This document shows positions 10,203-18,784 of a stretch of 64,000 nt of DNA, piece by piece. The stretch covers positions 73,552 through 137,551 of the forward strand of contig JBBCGO010000001.1 in NCBI GenBank assembly GCA_037200925.1, given 5' to 3'. The notes under the pieces were generated by a model. The model worked only from the letters and a program-made list of their open reading frames with translations. It was not told the DNA's origin and did no database searches. A program made the translations under genes and the position numbers. The DNA is from Candidatus Doudnabacteria bacterium (GTDB lineage: Bacteria > Patescibacteriota > Doudnabacteria > UBA920 > O2-02-FULL-48-8). Positions within the stretch are counted from its first letter, which is position 1; every line of letters starts with the position of its first letter.

Positions 10203-10940
10203 ATGCGACGGTTGATCATCTCGTTCGTGTTTGTGCTTGCGGCACACGCTCACGCGTTCGCCGCGGATCCGCCCGGACCGGTTCAGCAGGCCTACAGCGA
10301 GCGGCAGCTGACCGCAATCGAAGCGGCCATCGGCGATTCTGCTGCCGTGATCTGGCAAGCTGCTAATCAGCAATCGGCCGAGGTCAAGACCAAGCTTGTC
10401 TTGGGACTTGAAACGAACAGGAAGAAGAACGGGTTCGTTCTCCTGGACGGGAACAAGCCGCTGATCGGTCTCTTGCAGCAGCAGTATGACAAACTGAAGC
10501 CAGGGAACCCGCGTCCCGTTGTGATCCATTTGTTCCGTAGCAATTCGGAGCAATTCAACACAATCGGCGACGATGTCTACCTCGATGCCGCCACTGTCAG
10601 AGGACTTTCAGGGATGGCGGGCGGACAACTCGTCCTGCTCGGAATTCTGGCTCATGAAGTCAGCCACGAACCTGCCGACTTCGCGCGAATCCAGCTGTTC
10701 GGATCGCAGAATTTCACGCCGGATCTGAAAAAGATCCTCATACAGCGCCTTGAAAATCGCACAGATGAACGTGCAGTCAAGATGCTGGAAGATGCAGGGC
10801 TTGACCCCGCCGTGATGATCCGCGTTGTTCAGATGCTCATCGAGAGCAATCCGAATGAAGCCACGCGGCTCGCGGCTCGGAAGGGCCGGATCGAAGAAGT
10901 GATCAAAGCCCGCACTGTGGCTACCGCCGGCTCGCGCTAA
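10203..10940 (+). CDS. Secreted M48-like zinc metallopeptidase domain protein
   Basis: Signal peptide (AHAFA), ILAHEVSH (HExxH), ENRTDERA resembling the ExxAD motif; AAGGAGG SD. Confidence 0.55.
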   Translation: MRRLIISFVFVLAAHAHAFAADPPGPVQQAYSERQLTAIEAAIGDSAAVIWQAANQQSAEVKTKLVLGLETNRKKNGFVLLDGNKPLIGLLQQQYDKLKPGNPRPVVIHLFRSNSEQFNTIGDDVYLDAATVRGLSGMAGGQLVLLGILAHEVSHEPADFARIQLFGSQNFTPDLKKILIQRLENRTDERAVKMLEDAGLDPAVMIRVVQMLIESNPNEATRLAARKGRIEEVIKARTVATAGSR

Positions 10941-10967
10941 GGTTTGCCTTATGCGATCGGACTTTTT

Positions 10968-11018
10968 GACTTAGGAGATAGCAGATCAACATCTGCTTCA
11001 CCTGGGTCTTTTTCTTTT
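10968..11018 (+). terminator. Intrinsic terminator-like hairpin
   Basis: GACTTAGG..CCTGGGTC outer stem, AGCAGAT-CAAC-ATCTGCT inner stem, then TTTTTCTTTT. Confidence 0.55.
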
Positions 11019-11075
11019 ACATTTTTTTTAAAATATGTTTTAATAAGCTGGTATTGTAGATAATTAAAAAACCGG

Positions 11076-11561
11076 ATGGGAAACAAAAAAAACCTTACAA
11101 TACTTGCGGTTTTAACGCTAATTTTTGTAACCGGGGTTTATTTGGCTTATAGATATAGGACCCCGGTACACCAGGTTCAAATCGGTCTTTTTGATGAAAC
11201 TGAGTCGCCCGACGCAGCCTATACGATTACTTTCCCTAATGTAACCAGAATGGTTTTTAGCCCCGACCAGAAGCCTTTAAGCGATTTGGTTTATTCCTTG
11301 AATTCCGGGCCCCAATATTTTATTGTTACCTATAATAACGGTAAAAAGGGTGATGAGGTTACTTTCAATGCAATTGGCACGGTAGATGAATTAATGAGTT
11401 TTTATTCAGGTCAAAAAAATTATCAGGTCATAAAAAAATACAGTAATGACAAGCAAGGCTTTGTAGAGTTAATCCAAGGCACGACAAGCATCAGGGTTTT
11501 ACTGATACAGCAAACCCCAGCTACGACGGTAAAAGTTACTATTCAAGGAATAACCAATTGA
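11076..11561 (+). CDS. Membrane-anchored partner protein, pair 1
   Basis: N-terminal TM; beta-strand pattern (VTYNNGKKG...GFVEL...IRV...TTVKV) shared with 13106 and 16695. Confidence 0.75.
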   Translation: MGNKKNLTILAVLTLIFVTGVYLAYRYRTPVHQVQIGLFDETESPDAAYTITFPNVTRMVFSPDQKPLSDLVYSLNSGPQYFIVTYNNGKKGDEVTFNAIGTVDELMSFYSGQKNYQVIKKYSNDKQGFVELIQGTTSIRVLLIQQTPATTVKVTIQGITN

Positions 11562-11562
11562 T

Positions 11563-13059
11563 ATGAAACGTAACTTATATTATTTATTGGCTTTCTTGTT
11601 CCTGGTTTTTATTGTTTTATCGCCGTCCAAAGAAGCGAAGGCGAACTCCACAACGTGTTACACGGCGGAAGGGACCGGAGGATCCGAGAATTTTTATTGT
11701 ACCCCGGCAAACGGATATACATGTGATTGCGGCGCTAACAGTGCCAGTTGTACCGATAACGGATCATATACTTGGCACGATGCCTATGGGAATTCCGGAA
11801 CTTGCTGGTCGGGATCAACTTGTAGCTGCACCACTACTTCCTATTCTTGTGGGGGCGGATCTACCTGCGATGGTCCTGTAAATGGAACCGGAAACGGCAC
11901 TCCCGGACAGACCGTTTGCGGTACGAACGGATGGACGTACACCTGCACTGCTCCGGGAAGTTGGATCGGGGGGCCGGGTTTTGGAAGTACATGTCCTGCT
12001 TGCTATTCTCAATCATCCTACTACTCTCAATCCAGTTATTACTCCCAATCATCCTACTACTCTCAATCCTCCTACTATTCCCAATCTTCTTATTACTCCC
12101 AAGCAGCCTACTACGCCCAATCAGCATACTACTCTCAGGCAACCTATTATAGTCAAGCAACTTATTACTCCCAAGCCGCCTACTACGCCCAATCAGCATA
12201 CTACTCTCAAGCAACCTATTATAGTCAGGCAACCTACTACTCCCAGGCAGCATATGTAGTAGCTCCCACAGCCCCGACCCTGACCAAAGTGGATAATATC
12301 AATACCGATGCTTCGGTGCCCTGTTCTAAGCTGAAAGTAACCTGGACTGATAACTCCGGCAATGAAACCGGCTTCATAGTCCTGCGATCAACCACATCAG
12401 GCTCAGGGTATGCCAATATCTCAGGCAACCTGCCTGCCCAGAGCGGCACAGGCACCTTTGGCACTTACCTGGATACCCCTCCTTCCACCGGAGTGACCTA
12501 TTTCTATGTGGTCCAGGCCTTCAATGCCGGGGGCAACAGCCAGTCAAACGAGAAGAGCATCATGAACGTTGTCTGTTCTGCCAACTTTGCCAATACAACG
12601 AAGTTTGTCAGTAAGGTCAACGGCAACCCCTATAGTCCCAGCACTTCAGTCAATAACGGGGATACCCTGACCTACCAGATCACCCTGGTCAATTCCGGCC
12701 CTTCTGCAGCCACGGTCAACTACATCTGCGACACTGTCTCTTCCAACCTGACCAATCTTAGGAACCTGACGGTTACAGGCCCGGGCTCTGTTAATGGGGG
12801 ACTGACAGCCAACAGCCCTACCTGCTCCGGTAATTATCTGTTTAACATCTCAGGCAACAAGGATGTGACCAATAACTGGATCATTACCTATGATGCCAAT
12901 GTCAGCACCGCATCCGCCGATATCCAGGAAGTGGTGACCAATACCTTTACCATCCATTACACTGATTCTTCAGCCAAAAGCTTCTCAGGCTCAGCCCCGA
13001 ACATCATTGTCAATTCCTCCACAGGCAAGACCCCGATCATCAGGGAAGTCGGGCCGTAG
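11563..13059 (+). CDS. Secreted Cys-rich-tip / YSQxxY-repeat / FN3 / DUF11-like surface protein, copy 1
   Basis: Signal peptide; 14 Cys before the repeats; 14 hexapeptide repeats; FN3 (VTWTDNSGNETGF..YFYVVQAFN); DUF11-like (GDTLTYQITLVNSG). Confidence 0.85.
   Translation: MKRNLYYLLAFLFLVFIVLSPSKEAKANSTTCYTAEGTGGSENFYCTPANGYTCDCGANSASCTDNGSYTWHDAYGNSGTCWSGSTCSCTTTSYSCGGGSTCDGPVNGTGNGTPGQTVCGTNGWTYTCTAPGSWIGGPGFGSTCPACYSQSSYYSQSSYYSQSSYYSQSSYYSQSSYYSQAAYYAQSAYYSQATYYSQATYYSQAAYYAQSAYYSQATYYSQATYYSQAAYVVAPTAPTLTKVDNINTDASVPCSKLKVTWTDNSGNETGFIVLRSTTSGSGYANISGNLPAQSGTGTFGTYLDTPPSTGVTYFYVVQAFNAGGNSQSNEKSIMNVVCSANFANTTKFVSKVNGNPYSPSTSVNNGDTLTYQITLVNSGPSAATVNYICDTVSSNLTNLRNLTVTGPGSVNGGLTANSPTCSGNYLFNISGNKDVTNNWIITYDANVSTASADIQEVVTNTFTIHYTDSSAKSFSGSAPNIIVNSSTGKTPIIREVGP
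12004..12255 (+). repeat. 18-bp coding tandem repeat, 14 units of Y(S/A)Q(S/A)(S/A/T)Y
   Basis: Read directly; includes a duplicated 4-unit (72-bp) higher-order block; synonymous positions vary. Confidence 0.95.
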
Positions 13060-13105
13060 AAATGTTCGAAAAAGTCTGATAAAATAAATTATAAACACAA
13101 AATTT

Positions 13106-13678
13106 ATGGCAAACAGATATATCGCTTTGATCATAGTTTTGATAGCTCTCGCGATCGGGGGAGTATTCATCGGAGTTGTGTATTGGATCAATTTCCCGGT
13201 CAAAGCTCCTGCAACCGGACAAACAAGCACCACAACAACCAGCGCGTCTGCGGTAAATCCGGCTCCTTCACTCCCTCAAGCAGTCCCTGCCTCAACTCCC
13301 GAAGATTTGCTGAAAGTAATGCGCACGTATGCAAAAATCTCCGTCCCGGAAATTGCCTCGCAAACAGATGCCACAGCCAAGGACATACCCAGTCCCATTG
13401 CCACTTTACTCGGATCACAAACAAACTTAAAGGTAACAGCTGTGAATTATGCGAACAAATCATCCGGGCTTATTATTGAATTTGCAGAGCCGAAAAATGT
13501 TCAGGATACTTTTACCATATTCCGTCACCCCAGCAGCGATTGGAACGTATTGTCGGGAACTAATGCTCCTATGGCCGCTTTAGTTGATCTGGATAATGCC
13601 AATTACTCTGTTGTAATTGAATTGAGCCAAGTTGCGGATACCCAAACAGCGGTAAAGACCTGGGTCATAAAGAAGTAA
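13106..13678 (+). CDS. Membrane-anchored partner protein, pair 2
   Basis: TM + Thr/Pro linker; VNYANKSSGLIIEF...WNVL...ALVDL...TAVKT pattern. Confidence 0.75.
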   Translation: MANRYIALIIVLIALAIGGVFIGVVYWINFPVKAPATGQTSTTTTSASAVNPAPSLPQAVPASTPEDLLKVMRTYAKISVPEIASQTDATAKDIPSPIATLLGSQTNLKVTAVNYANKSSGLIIEFAEPKNVQDTFTIFRHPSSDWNVLSGTNAPMAALVDLDNANYSVVIELSQVADTQTAVKTWVIKK

Positions 13679-13698
13679 TGAATTAAATAAACAACAGT

Positions 13699-15174
13699 TT
13701 GAAACAAATACGCAAACAATTAGTGCTGTATATTGTGCTAGGCCTTGCAACTGCCATGGTATTTTTTGCAGTGCCTCATTCTTCAGCTGATACGATTTGG
13801 TGTTCTACTTTCCAATTTTGCAATGGAGGCGCTTCCTGTGCACCAAATCCATCAATGGCTCCAACCGATTGCCCTTCTACTGGCCATTGTTCAGATAATG
13901 GTTTTTCAATATGCGGCGATTTTCTTTATTGCGATAATGGTAATTATGCCATTTGCGATGCAACATACTCCCAATCCTCCTACTACTCCCAATCCAGTTA
14001 TTACTCCCAGGCAGCCTATTATTCCCAACCATCCTATTATTCTGAACCGCAATATTATCGCTGGCAGGGAGGCGGGGGATGCATATGTATGCCGGCCAAT
14101 CCAGGTGACTGCGTCATAACCAACACTGCAAATTGCACGGTAAACTCTAACTGCGCTGGTCTTCCTGCCTGCTACTCTCAATCCTCCTACTATTCCCAAT
14201 CAGCTTACTACGCCCAATCAGCATATTACTCCCAATCAGCATACTATTCTCAAGCGTCATATGGCGGCGGTTATTCCCAAGCAGCTTACTACGCCCAGTC
14301 TGCATACTATTCTCAGGCAGCCTATGCGGGTTACTCTGAAGCATCCTACTATTCCCAAGCAGCCTACTATGCCCAGGCATCGTATGTCTCTGCTCCAACC
14401 GCTCCTTCAGGCGTGGCTGTGGACAATGGCACTTGCGGCCAATTGACCGTGACCTGGACTGATAATTCCAACAATGAGACCGGTTTTACAATATGGAGAT
14501 CAACCACATCAGGCTCAGGGTATGGCCAGGTCGGCAGCGTAGGCCCTAATATTACGTCATTCCCAGACACCCCTCCTACCCCAGATATGACCTATTATTA
14601 TGTGGTCCAGTCGGTCAATGCCGGAGGAAGCACCCAGTCAGTATTAGAAGCAAGCGCTTACGACAACCCGTGTGTTGCCAATTTATCCGGGACCGCCAAG
14701 GTCTTAACCCAGATCAACGGCGCAGCCTATTCTTCAAGCACTTCCATCAACGCCGGGGACGTGCTGACATACCAGATCACGATCATCAATTCCGGCAATG
14801 CCCCTGCTGATATCACTTTCATCTGCGACACCGTCTCTTCCAACCTGACCAATCTTCGGAACCTGACGGTTACAGGAACCGGCTCTTCGGGTTCAGGTTC
14901 TGCCATAGTATCCAACGGCGGCTGCGGAGCAGGCAGCTACAAGTTCAACGTTACAGGAGCCAAACAGCCCTCTCCTCCTGACCCAGGCAACTGGATAATT
15001 ACCTATGATGCCACAGTCACCCCGGCCAGTGCTGATATCCAGGAAGTGGTGACCAACAGCTTTGTCATCCATTACAACAACAACGGAGCTAAAACCTTTG
15101 CAGGCTCCTCCCCGAGCATCCTCATCAATGCCTCAGCAGGCCAGGCCCCGAACTTCCATGAAGTGACGCCGTAG
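13699..15174 (+). CDS. Secreted Cys-tip / YSQxxY / FN3 / DUF11-like protein, copy 2
   Basis: TTG start, signal peptide, 8-Cys module, 5 repeats, 6-Cys module, 11 repeats, FN3, DUF11-like, C-terminal PNFHEVTP. Confidence 0.85.
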   Translation: MKQIRKQLVLYIVLGLATAMVFFAVPHSSADTIWCSTFQFCNGGASCAPNPSMAPTDCPSTGHCSDNGFSICGDFLYCDNGNYAICDATYSQSSYYSQSSYYSQAAYYSQPSYYSEPQYYRWQGGGGCICMPANPGDCVITNTANCTVNSNCAGLPACYSQSSYYSQSAYYAQSAYYSQSAYYSQASYGGGYSQAAYYAQSAYYSQAAYAGYSEASYYSQAAYYAQASYVSAPTAPSGVAVDNGTCGQLTVTWTDNSNNETGFTIWRSTTSGSGYGQVGSVGPNITSFPDTPPTPDMTYYYVVQSVNAGGSTQSVLEASAYDNPCVANLSGTAKVLTQINGAAYSSSTSINAGDVLTYQITIINSGNAPADITFICDTVSSNLTNLRNLTVTGTGSSGSGSAIVSNGGCGAGSYKFNVTGAKQPSPPDPGNWIITYDATVTPASADIQEVVTNSFVIHYNNNGAKTFAGSSPSILINASAGQAPNFHEVTP

Positions 15175-15176
15175 AA
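14168..15176 (+). repeat. ~1009-bp direct repeat, copy A (partner 17646-18654)
   Basis: Offset 3478; identical by eye except synonymous T14979/G18457 and A14985/C18463; alternative-frame ORFs in the track translate identically. Confidence 0.93.
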
Positions 15177-15204
15177 TGCTTAGGCGATAAATTTGATTTA
15201 GCGA

Positions 15205-15241
15205 CCAAAGAGCAGCTTAGAGATAGGCCGCTCTTTGTTTT
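15205..15241 (+). terminator. Terminator-like hairpin after copy 2
   Basis: CAAAGAGC..GCTCTTTG followed by T-rich run. Confidence 0.5.
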
Positions 15242-15253
15242 ATCCTATTTCTA

Positions 15254-15282
15254 TTGACAGTATCATTATTTGCGAGTAAACT
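15254..15282 (+). promoter_or_regulatory. Putative sigma70 promoter
   Basis: TTGACA-17 nt-TAAACT. Confidence 0.55.
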
Positions 15283-15394
15283 GATATATTACGATACTAA
15301 TACCGTAGCGGCTTGCTCTACTTAAAGAATAGTGTCGCAACCAAGCCTTTCAAAAAAGGTTTAAAGAATTCAATCCGCAGGAGGGTGTGATTTT

Positions 15395-15799
15395 ATGAAG
15401 CGTCTAGTCGCCTTAGCTTTCGGCTCGCTGTTCGTCGCGGCCTGCAGCAAGGAAATGCAGTCGCCCGCAGCTCCCGCCGCGCCTCAGCCGCAGGCCACGG
15501 TCTCTGTGCTTGGCACACTGTCGCTCGTCAGTTGCGATGACGGCGGCCCGGGCCATGGCACTCCCGCCTGCACTTTCTCGGGAATCGTCCGGAACAACGG
15601 ACCGGATTGTGCCGCAGGTATCCAGGGGACCACGACCGTCTTAGTTCAATTTGGCGGCGTGGCTCAGTCATGGAGCGTTAACGCCACGTTGCGGCCTCAA
15701 GAAACGACGCAGTTCACTGTTTTTGGCTTCAGTCAGGGAGAGATCCAAACGGGCAAGCCGGAATCTTCGGCTTCAGCCAGAGGGGTAACCTGCCCGTAG
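15395..15799 (+). CDS. Putative lipoprotein with small Ig-like domain
   Basis: Lipobox-like LFVAAC; FSGIVRNNG..LRPQETTQF pattern; GGAGG SD; followed by hairpin + TTTTCTTTTT (15807-15855). Confidence 0.65.
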   Translation: MKRLVALAFGSLFVAACSKEMQSPAAPAAPQPQATVSVLGTLSLVSCDDGGPGHGTPACTFSGIVRNNGPDCAAGIQGTTTVLVQFGGVAQSWSVNATLRPQETTQFTVFGFSQGEIQTGKPESSASARGVTCP

Positions 15800-15914
15800 C
15801 GAATTCACGCGGAGAGCGTTCATTTTCAAGTGAACCTCTGCCGCGTTTTCTTTTTGCCTGACCTTGCAAATTTTTGTTTTTAATCATGCTATAATTCACT
15901 TGAAGTTTTAATTT

Positions 15915-16628
15915 ATGAAACTAATTCCCAAGCGCTATTTGATAATAGTAAGCATCTTTGTCATCGGAATATTTTTAACCGTTGCAGCTTACAGCACGCT
16001 TCGCTTTCATGAGAAAAATAAAACACCAGTTTCTGCGGACAGCGCAAAGTCTGAACCTATCGTCCGATCACCTCAGGAAATGCTTAAGGAGCTGAGCAGG
16101 AACTCCCCTCAATTAGGAAGTCCAAACGCCCCGATTCAGGTCGTGGAATTTGCGGATTTTCAATGCCCATACTGCGAACAGTTTTATGCCACTGCTTTTA
16201 ATCAGATAAATGATAAGTATGTTAAAACAGGAAAGGTAAAATTTATTTTTGCCGACGCCCCGATCATCGGAGAAGAGTCGACGATCGCGGCCCGCGGAGG
16301 CAAGTGTGCGGATGAGCAGGGAAAATTTTGGGACTATTACAATTATTTGTTTCAGCATCAGAAACCCGAGAATAACGGCAACCTGAGAACATCTAATTTG
16401 AAAAAGATAGCTTTGCAGATCGGTCTCGATGGAGAGCAGTTTGACGCTTGCCTGGATTCGCAAAAATACGCTTCCGAGGTATCTGATGAATTGAAACTTT
16501 TCGGCGTGCTTGGCATTACCGGGACGCCTGGATTTGTCATTAATGATCAGGTAGTATCAGGCTATAAAGCGGGGGTAATTCAGGGGATAATTGATAAAGA
16601 ATTGAAGTCTATCGATCCGAATCCTTGA
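15915..16628 (+). CDS. DsbA/BdbD-family thiol-disulfide oxidoreductase
   Basis: LGSPNAPIQVVEFADFQCPYC, GITGTPGFVIN; N-terminal TM. Confidence 0.92.
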   Translation: MKLIPKRYLIIVSIFVIGIFLTVAAYSTLRFHEKNKTPVSADSAKSEPIVRSPQEMLKELSRNSPQLGSPNAPIQVVEFADFQCPYCEQFYATAFNQINDKYVKTGKVKFIFADAPIIGEESTIAARGGKCADEQGKFWDYYNYLFQHQKPENNGNLRTSNLKKIALQIGLDGEQFDACLDSQKYASEVSDELKLFGVLGITGTPGFVINDQVVSGYKAGVIQGIIDKELKSIDPNP

Positions 16629-16694
16629 CATTTGCCTGATTTGTTTTTTTATTGTATATTAAATTTGCTGTAATACCCCAAAAAATGAAATAAA

Positions 16695-17252
16695 ATGAAT
16701 AAAGCAGTCAAATGGGTTCTTATTGTAATCTTGATTTTGGGTGTAATAATCAGTGCTGGGTTCCTTGCAGTGAAATACTGGCCTAAGAATACCAATTCTC
16801 AGGCGAACATTCTTCAAAGAGAACAAGCAGCGGATGCCTATGTTCCAAGCAAAGACCCGGCAGCTGATCTGGCGGCAGACAAACAGAAACTTCTTAAGCT
16901 CGCTACGTTAAATTTTCTGGCGATTGATACGTCTGAGGTTTCCGATGTGCCTTCGGATCTGAATTTTTTGAAGATAAAGGATGCCACAAATTTAGTATCA
17001 AATAAAGTCAGCTACACTGACGGTTCAAATGGATTTTTGATAACAATGGATCTGGATTATCCTCTGTTTTCCGCCTATCAGACCGAAGCCAGGAGCATAC
17101 ACTATGAACAAGGCTGGAGCCAGATTTATGGAGCTATCACTAATACATTTGCTTTGCTGGAAGCAAAAAATAATACCAATCAGATCCAGATCAGGTTTAC
17201 AAGATTATCAACCGAACTTACAACCGTCGAGATTAAAGTACTGACGAAATGA
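16695..17252 (+). CDS. Membrane-anchored partner protein, pair 3
   Basis: TM; KVSYTDGSNGFLITM...WSQI...ALLEA...IQIRF...TTVEI; overlaps the next start (ATGA). Confidence 0.75.
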   Translation: MNKAVKWVLIVILILGVIISAGFLAVKYWPKNTNSQANILQREQAADAYVPSKDPAADLAADKQKLLKLATLNFLAIDTSEVSDVPSDLNFLKIKDATNLVSNKVSYTDGSNGFLITMDLDYPLFSAYQTEARSIHYEQGWSQIYGAITNTFALLEAKNNTNQIQIRFTRLSTELTTVEIKVLTK

Positions 17253-18652
17253 CAATATCAAACAAATTTTTATTCATAATTATTATTTTGGCGAGTGTTG
17301 GGGCTCTGTTTGTTACTGTAAAAATTAGCAATGCACAGACTTGTTGGACTTATGGCTGTGATGGGGTGAGTGGTGAATGCAGGGTTGCCGGCAATACTTG
17401 CGGGGGCGGACAGACTTGTGTGGATCAAGGTTTTGTAACTTGCCCTGCGGGCGGGTGCGGCGAATCTTTTAGCTGCGTGACTTCTTATTCCCAATCATCC
17501 TATGTATACAACACCCCCTACTCTGAACCGCAATATTTTCGGTGTTCAGGGAGCGCACAAAGCGTATGCATTCCGGCTAATCCCGGCGACTGCACCATAG
17601 GTAATACTGCAAATTGTTCAGTAAATAATAACTGCAGCCCTATTACCTGCTACTCTCAATCCTCCTACTATTCCCAATCAGCTTACTACGCCCAATCAGC
17701 ATATTACTCCCAATCAGCATACTATTCTCAAGCGTCATATGGCGGCGGTTATTCCCAAGCAGCTTACTACGCCCAGTCTGCATACTATTCTCAGGCAGCC
17801 TATGCGGGTTACTCTGAAGCATCCTACTATTCCCAAGCAGCCTACTATGCCCAGGCATCGTATGTCTCTGCTCCAACCGCTCCTTCAGGCGTGGCTGTGG
17901 ACAATGGCACTTGCGGCCAATTGACCGTGACCTGGACTGATAATTCCAACAATGAGACCGGTTTTACAATATGGAGATCAACCACATCAGGCTCAGGGTA
18001 TGGCCAGGTCGGCAGCGTAGGCCCTAATATTACGTCATTCCCAGACACCCCTCCTACCCCAGATATGACCTATTATTATGTGGTCCAGTCGGTCAATGCC
18101 GGAGGAAGCACCCAGTCAGTATTAGAAGCAAGCGCTTACGACAACCCGTGTGTTGCCAATTTATCCGGGACCGCCAAGGTCTTAACCCAGATCAACGGCG
18201 CAGCCTATTCTTCAAGCACTTCCATCAACGCCGGGGACGTGCTGACATACCAGATCACGATCATCAATTCCGGCAATGCCCCTGCTGATATCACTTTCAT
18301 CTGCGACACCGTCTCTTCCAACCTGACCAATCTTCGGAACCTGACGGTTACAGGAACCGGCTCTTCGGGTTCAGGTTCTGCCATAGTATCCAACGGCGGC
18401 TGCGGAGCAGGCAGCTACAAGTTCAACGTTACAGGAGCCAAACAGCCCTCTCCTCCGGACCCCGGCAACTGGATAATTACCTATGATGCCACAGTCACCC
18501 CGGCCAGTGCTGATATCCAGGAAGTGGTGACCAACAGCTTTGTCATCCATTACAACAACAACGGAGCTAAAACCTTTGCAGGCTCCTCCCCGAGCATCCT
18601 CATCAATGCCTCAGCAGGCCAGGCCCCGAACTTCCATGAAGTGACGCCGTAG
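17249..18652 (+). CDS. Secreted Cys-tip / YSQxxY / FN3 / DUF11-like protein, copy 3
   Basis: Signal peptide, 8-Cys + 6-Cys modules; C-terminal ~1 kb encodes the same protein sequence as copy 2. Confidence 0.85.
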   Translation: MTISNKFLFIIIILASVGALFVTVKISNAQTCWTYGCDGVSGECRVAGNTCGGGQTCVDQGFVTCPAGGCGESFSCVTSYSQSSYVYNTPYSEPQYFRCSGSAQSVCIPANPGDCTIGNTANCSVNNNCSPITCYSQSSYYSQSAYYAQSAYYSQSAYYSQASYGGGYSQAAYYAQSAYYSQAAYAGYSEASYYSQAAYYAQASYVSAPTAPSGVAVDNGTCGQLTVTWTDNSNNETGFTIWRSTTSGSGYGQVGSVGPNITSFPDTPPTPDMTYYYVVQSVNAGGSTQSVLEASAYDNPCVANLSGTAKVLTQINGAAYSSSTSINAGDVLTYQITIINSGNAPADITFICDTVSSNLTNLRNLTVTGTGSSGSGSAIVSNGGCGAGSYKFNVTGAKQPSPPDPGNWIITYDATVTPASADIQEVVTNSFVIHYNNNGAKTFAGSSPSILINASAGQAPNFHEVTP

Positions 18653-18654
18653 AA
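17646..18654 (+). repeat. ~1009-bp direct repeat, copy B
   Basis: See 14168-15176. Confidence 0.93.
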
Positions 18655-18671
18655 CCTCGGTTTTGCAGGGG

Positions 18672-18700
18672 TTGACTTGTCCCTGATTACGGTTTATGAT
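18672..18700 (+). promoter_or_regulatory. Putative sigma70 promoter of the RRM gene
   Basis: TTGACT-17 nt-TATGAT. Confidence 0.6.
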
Positions 18701-18784
18701 GACCACGTTTCCTTTAGTCGAGGGGAAGCTAATTAAAACATAGGGTGCTGAATAGGTTTCCCTTTGTTTGAAGGTTCATATAAA

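Noticed and set aside
12004-12255. CRISPR array
   Set aside because: The 18-bp units are contiguous, degenerate at third positions, in frame, have no spacers, and there are no cas genes.
15290-15385. Riboswitch in the lipoprotein 5' UTR
   Set aside because: Some pairing is present (CGATACTA/TAGTGTCG), but no recognisable aptamer consensus.
14040-17650. Diversity-generating retroelement (TR/VR) behind tip variation
   Set aside because: Differences between the 6-Cys modules include many C/T/G synonymous changes rather than adenine-only changes, the variable part is N-terminal, and no reverse transcriptase is in the window.
14168-18654. 1-kb repeat as a pure assembly artefact or IS element
   Set aside because: It has two synonymous differences, unique in-frame flanks on both copies, and no transposase or terminal IRs. 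An artefact is unlikely but only reads can exclude it.
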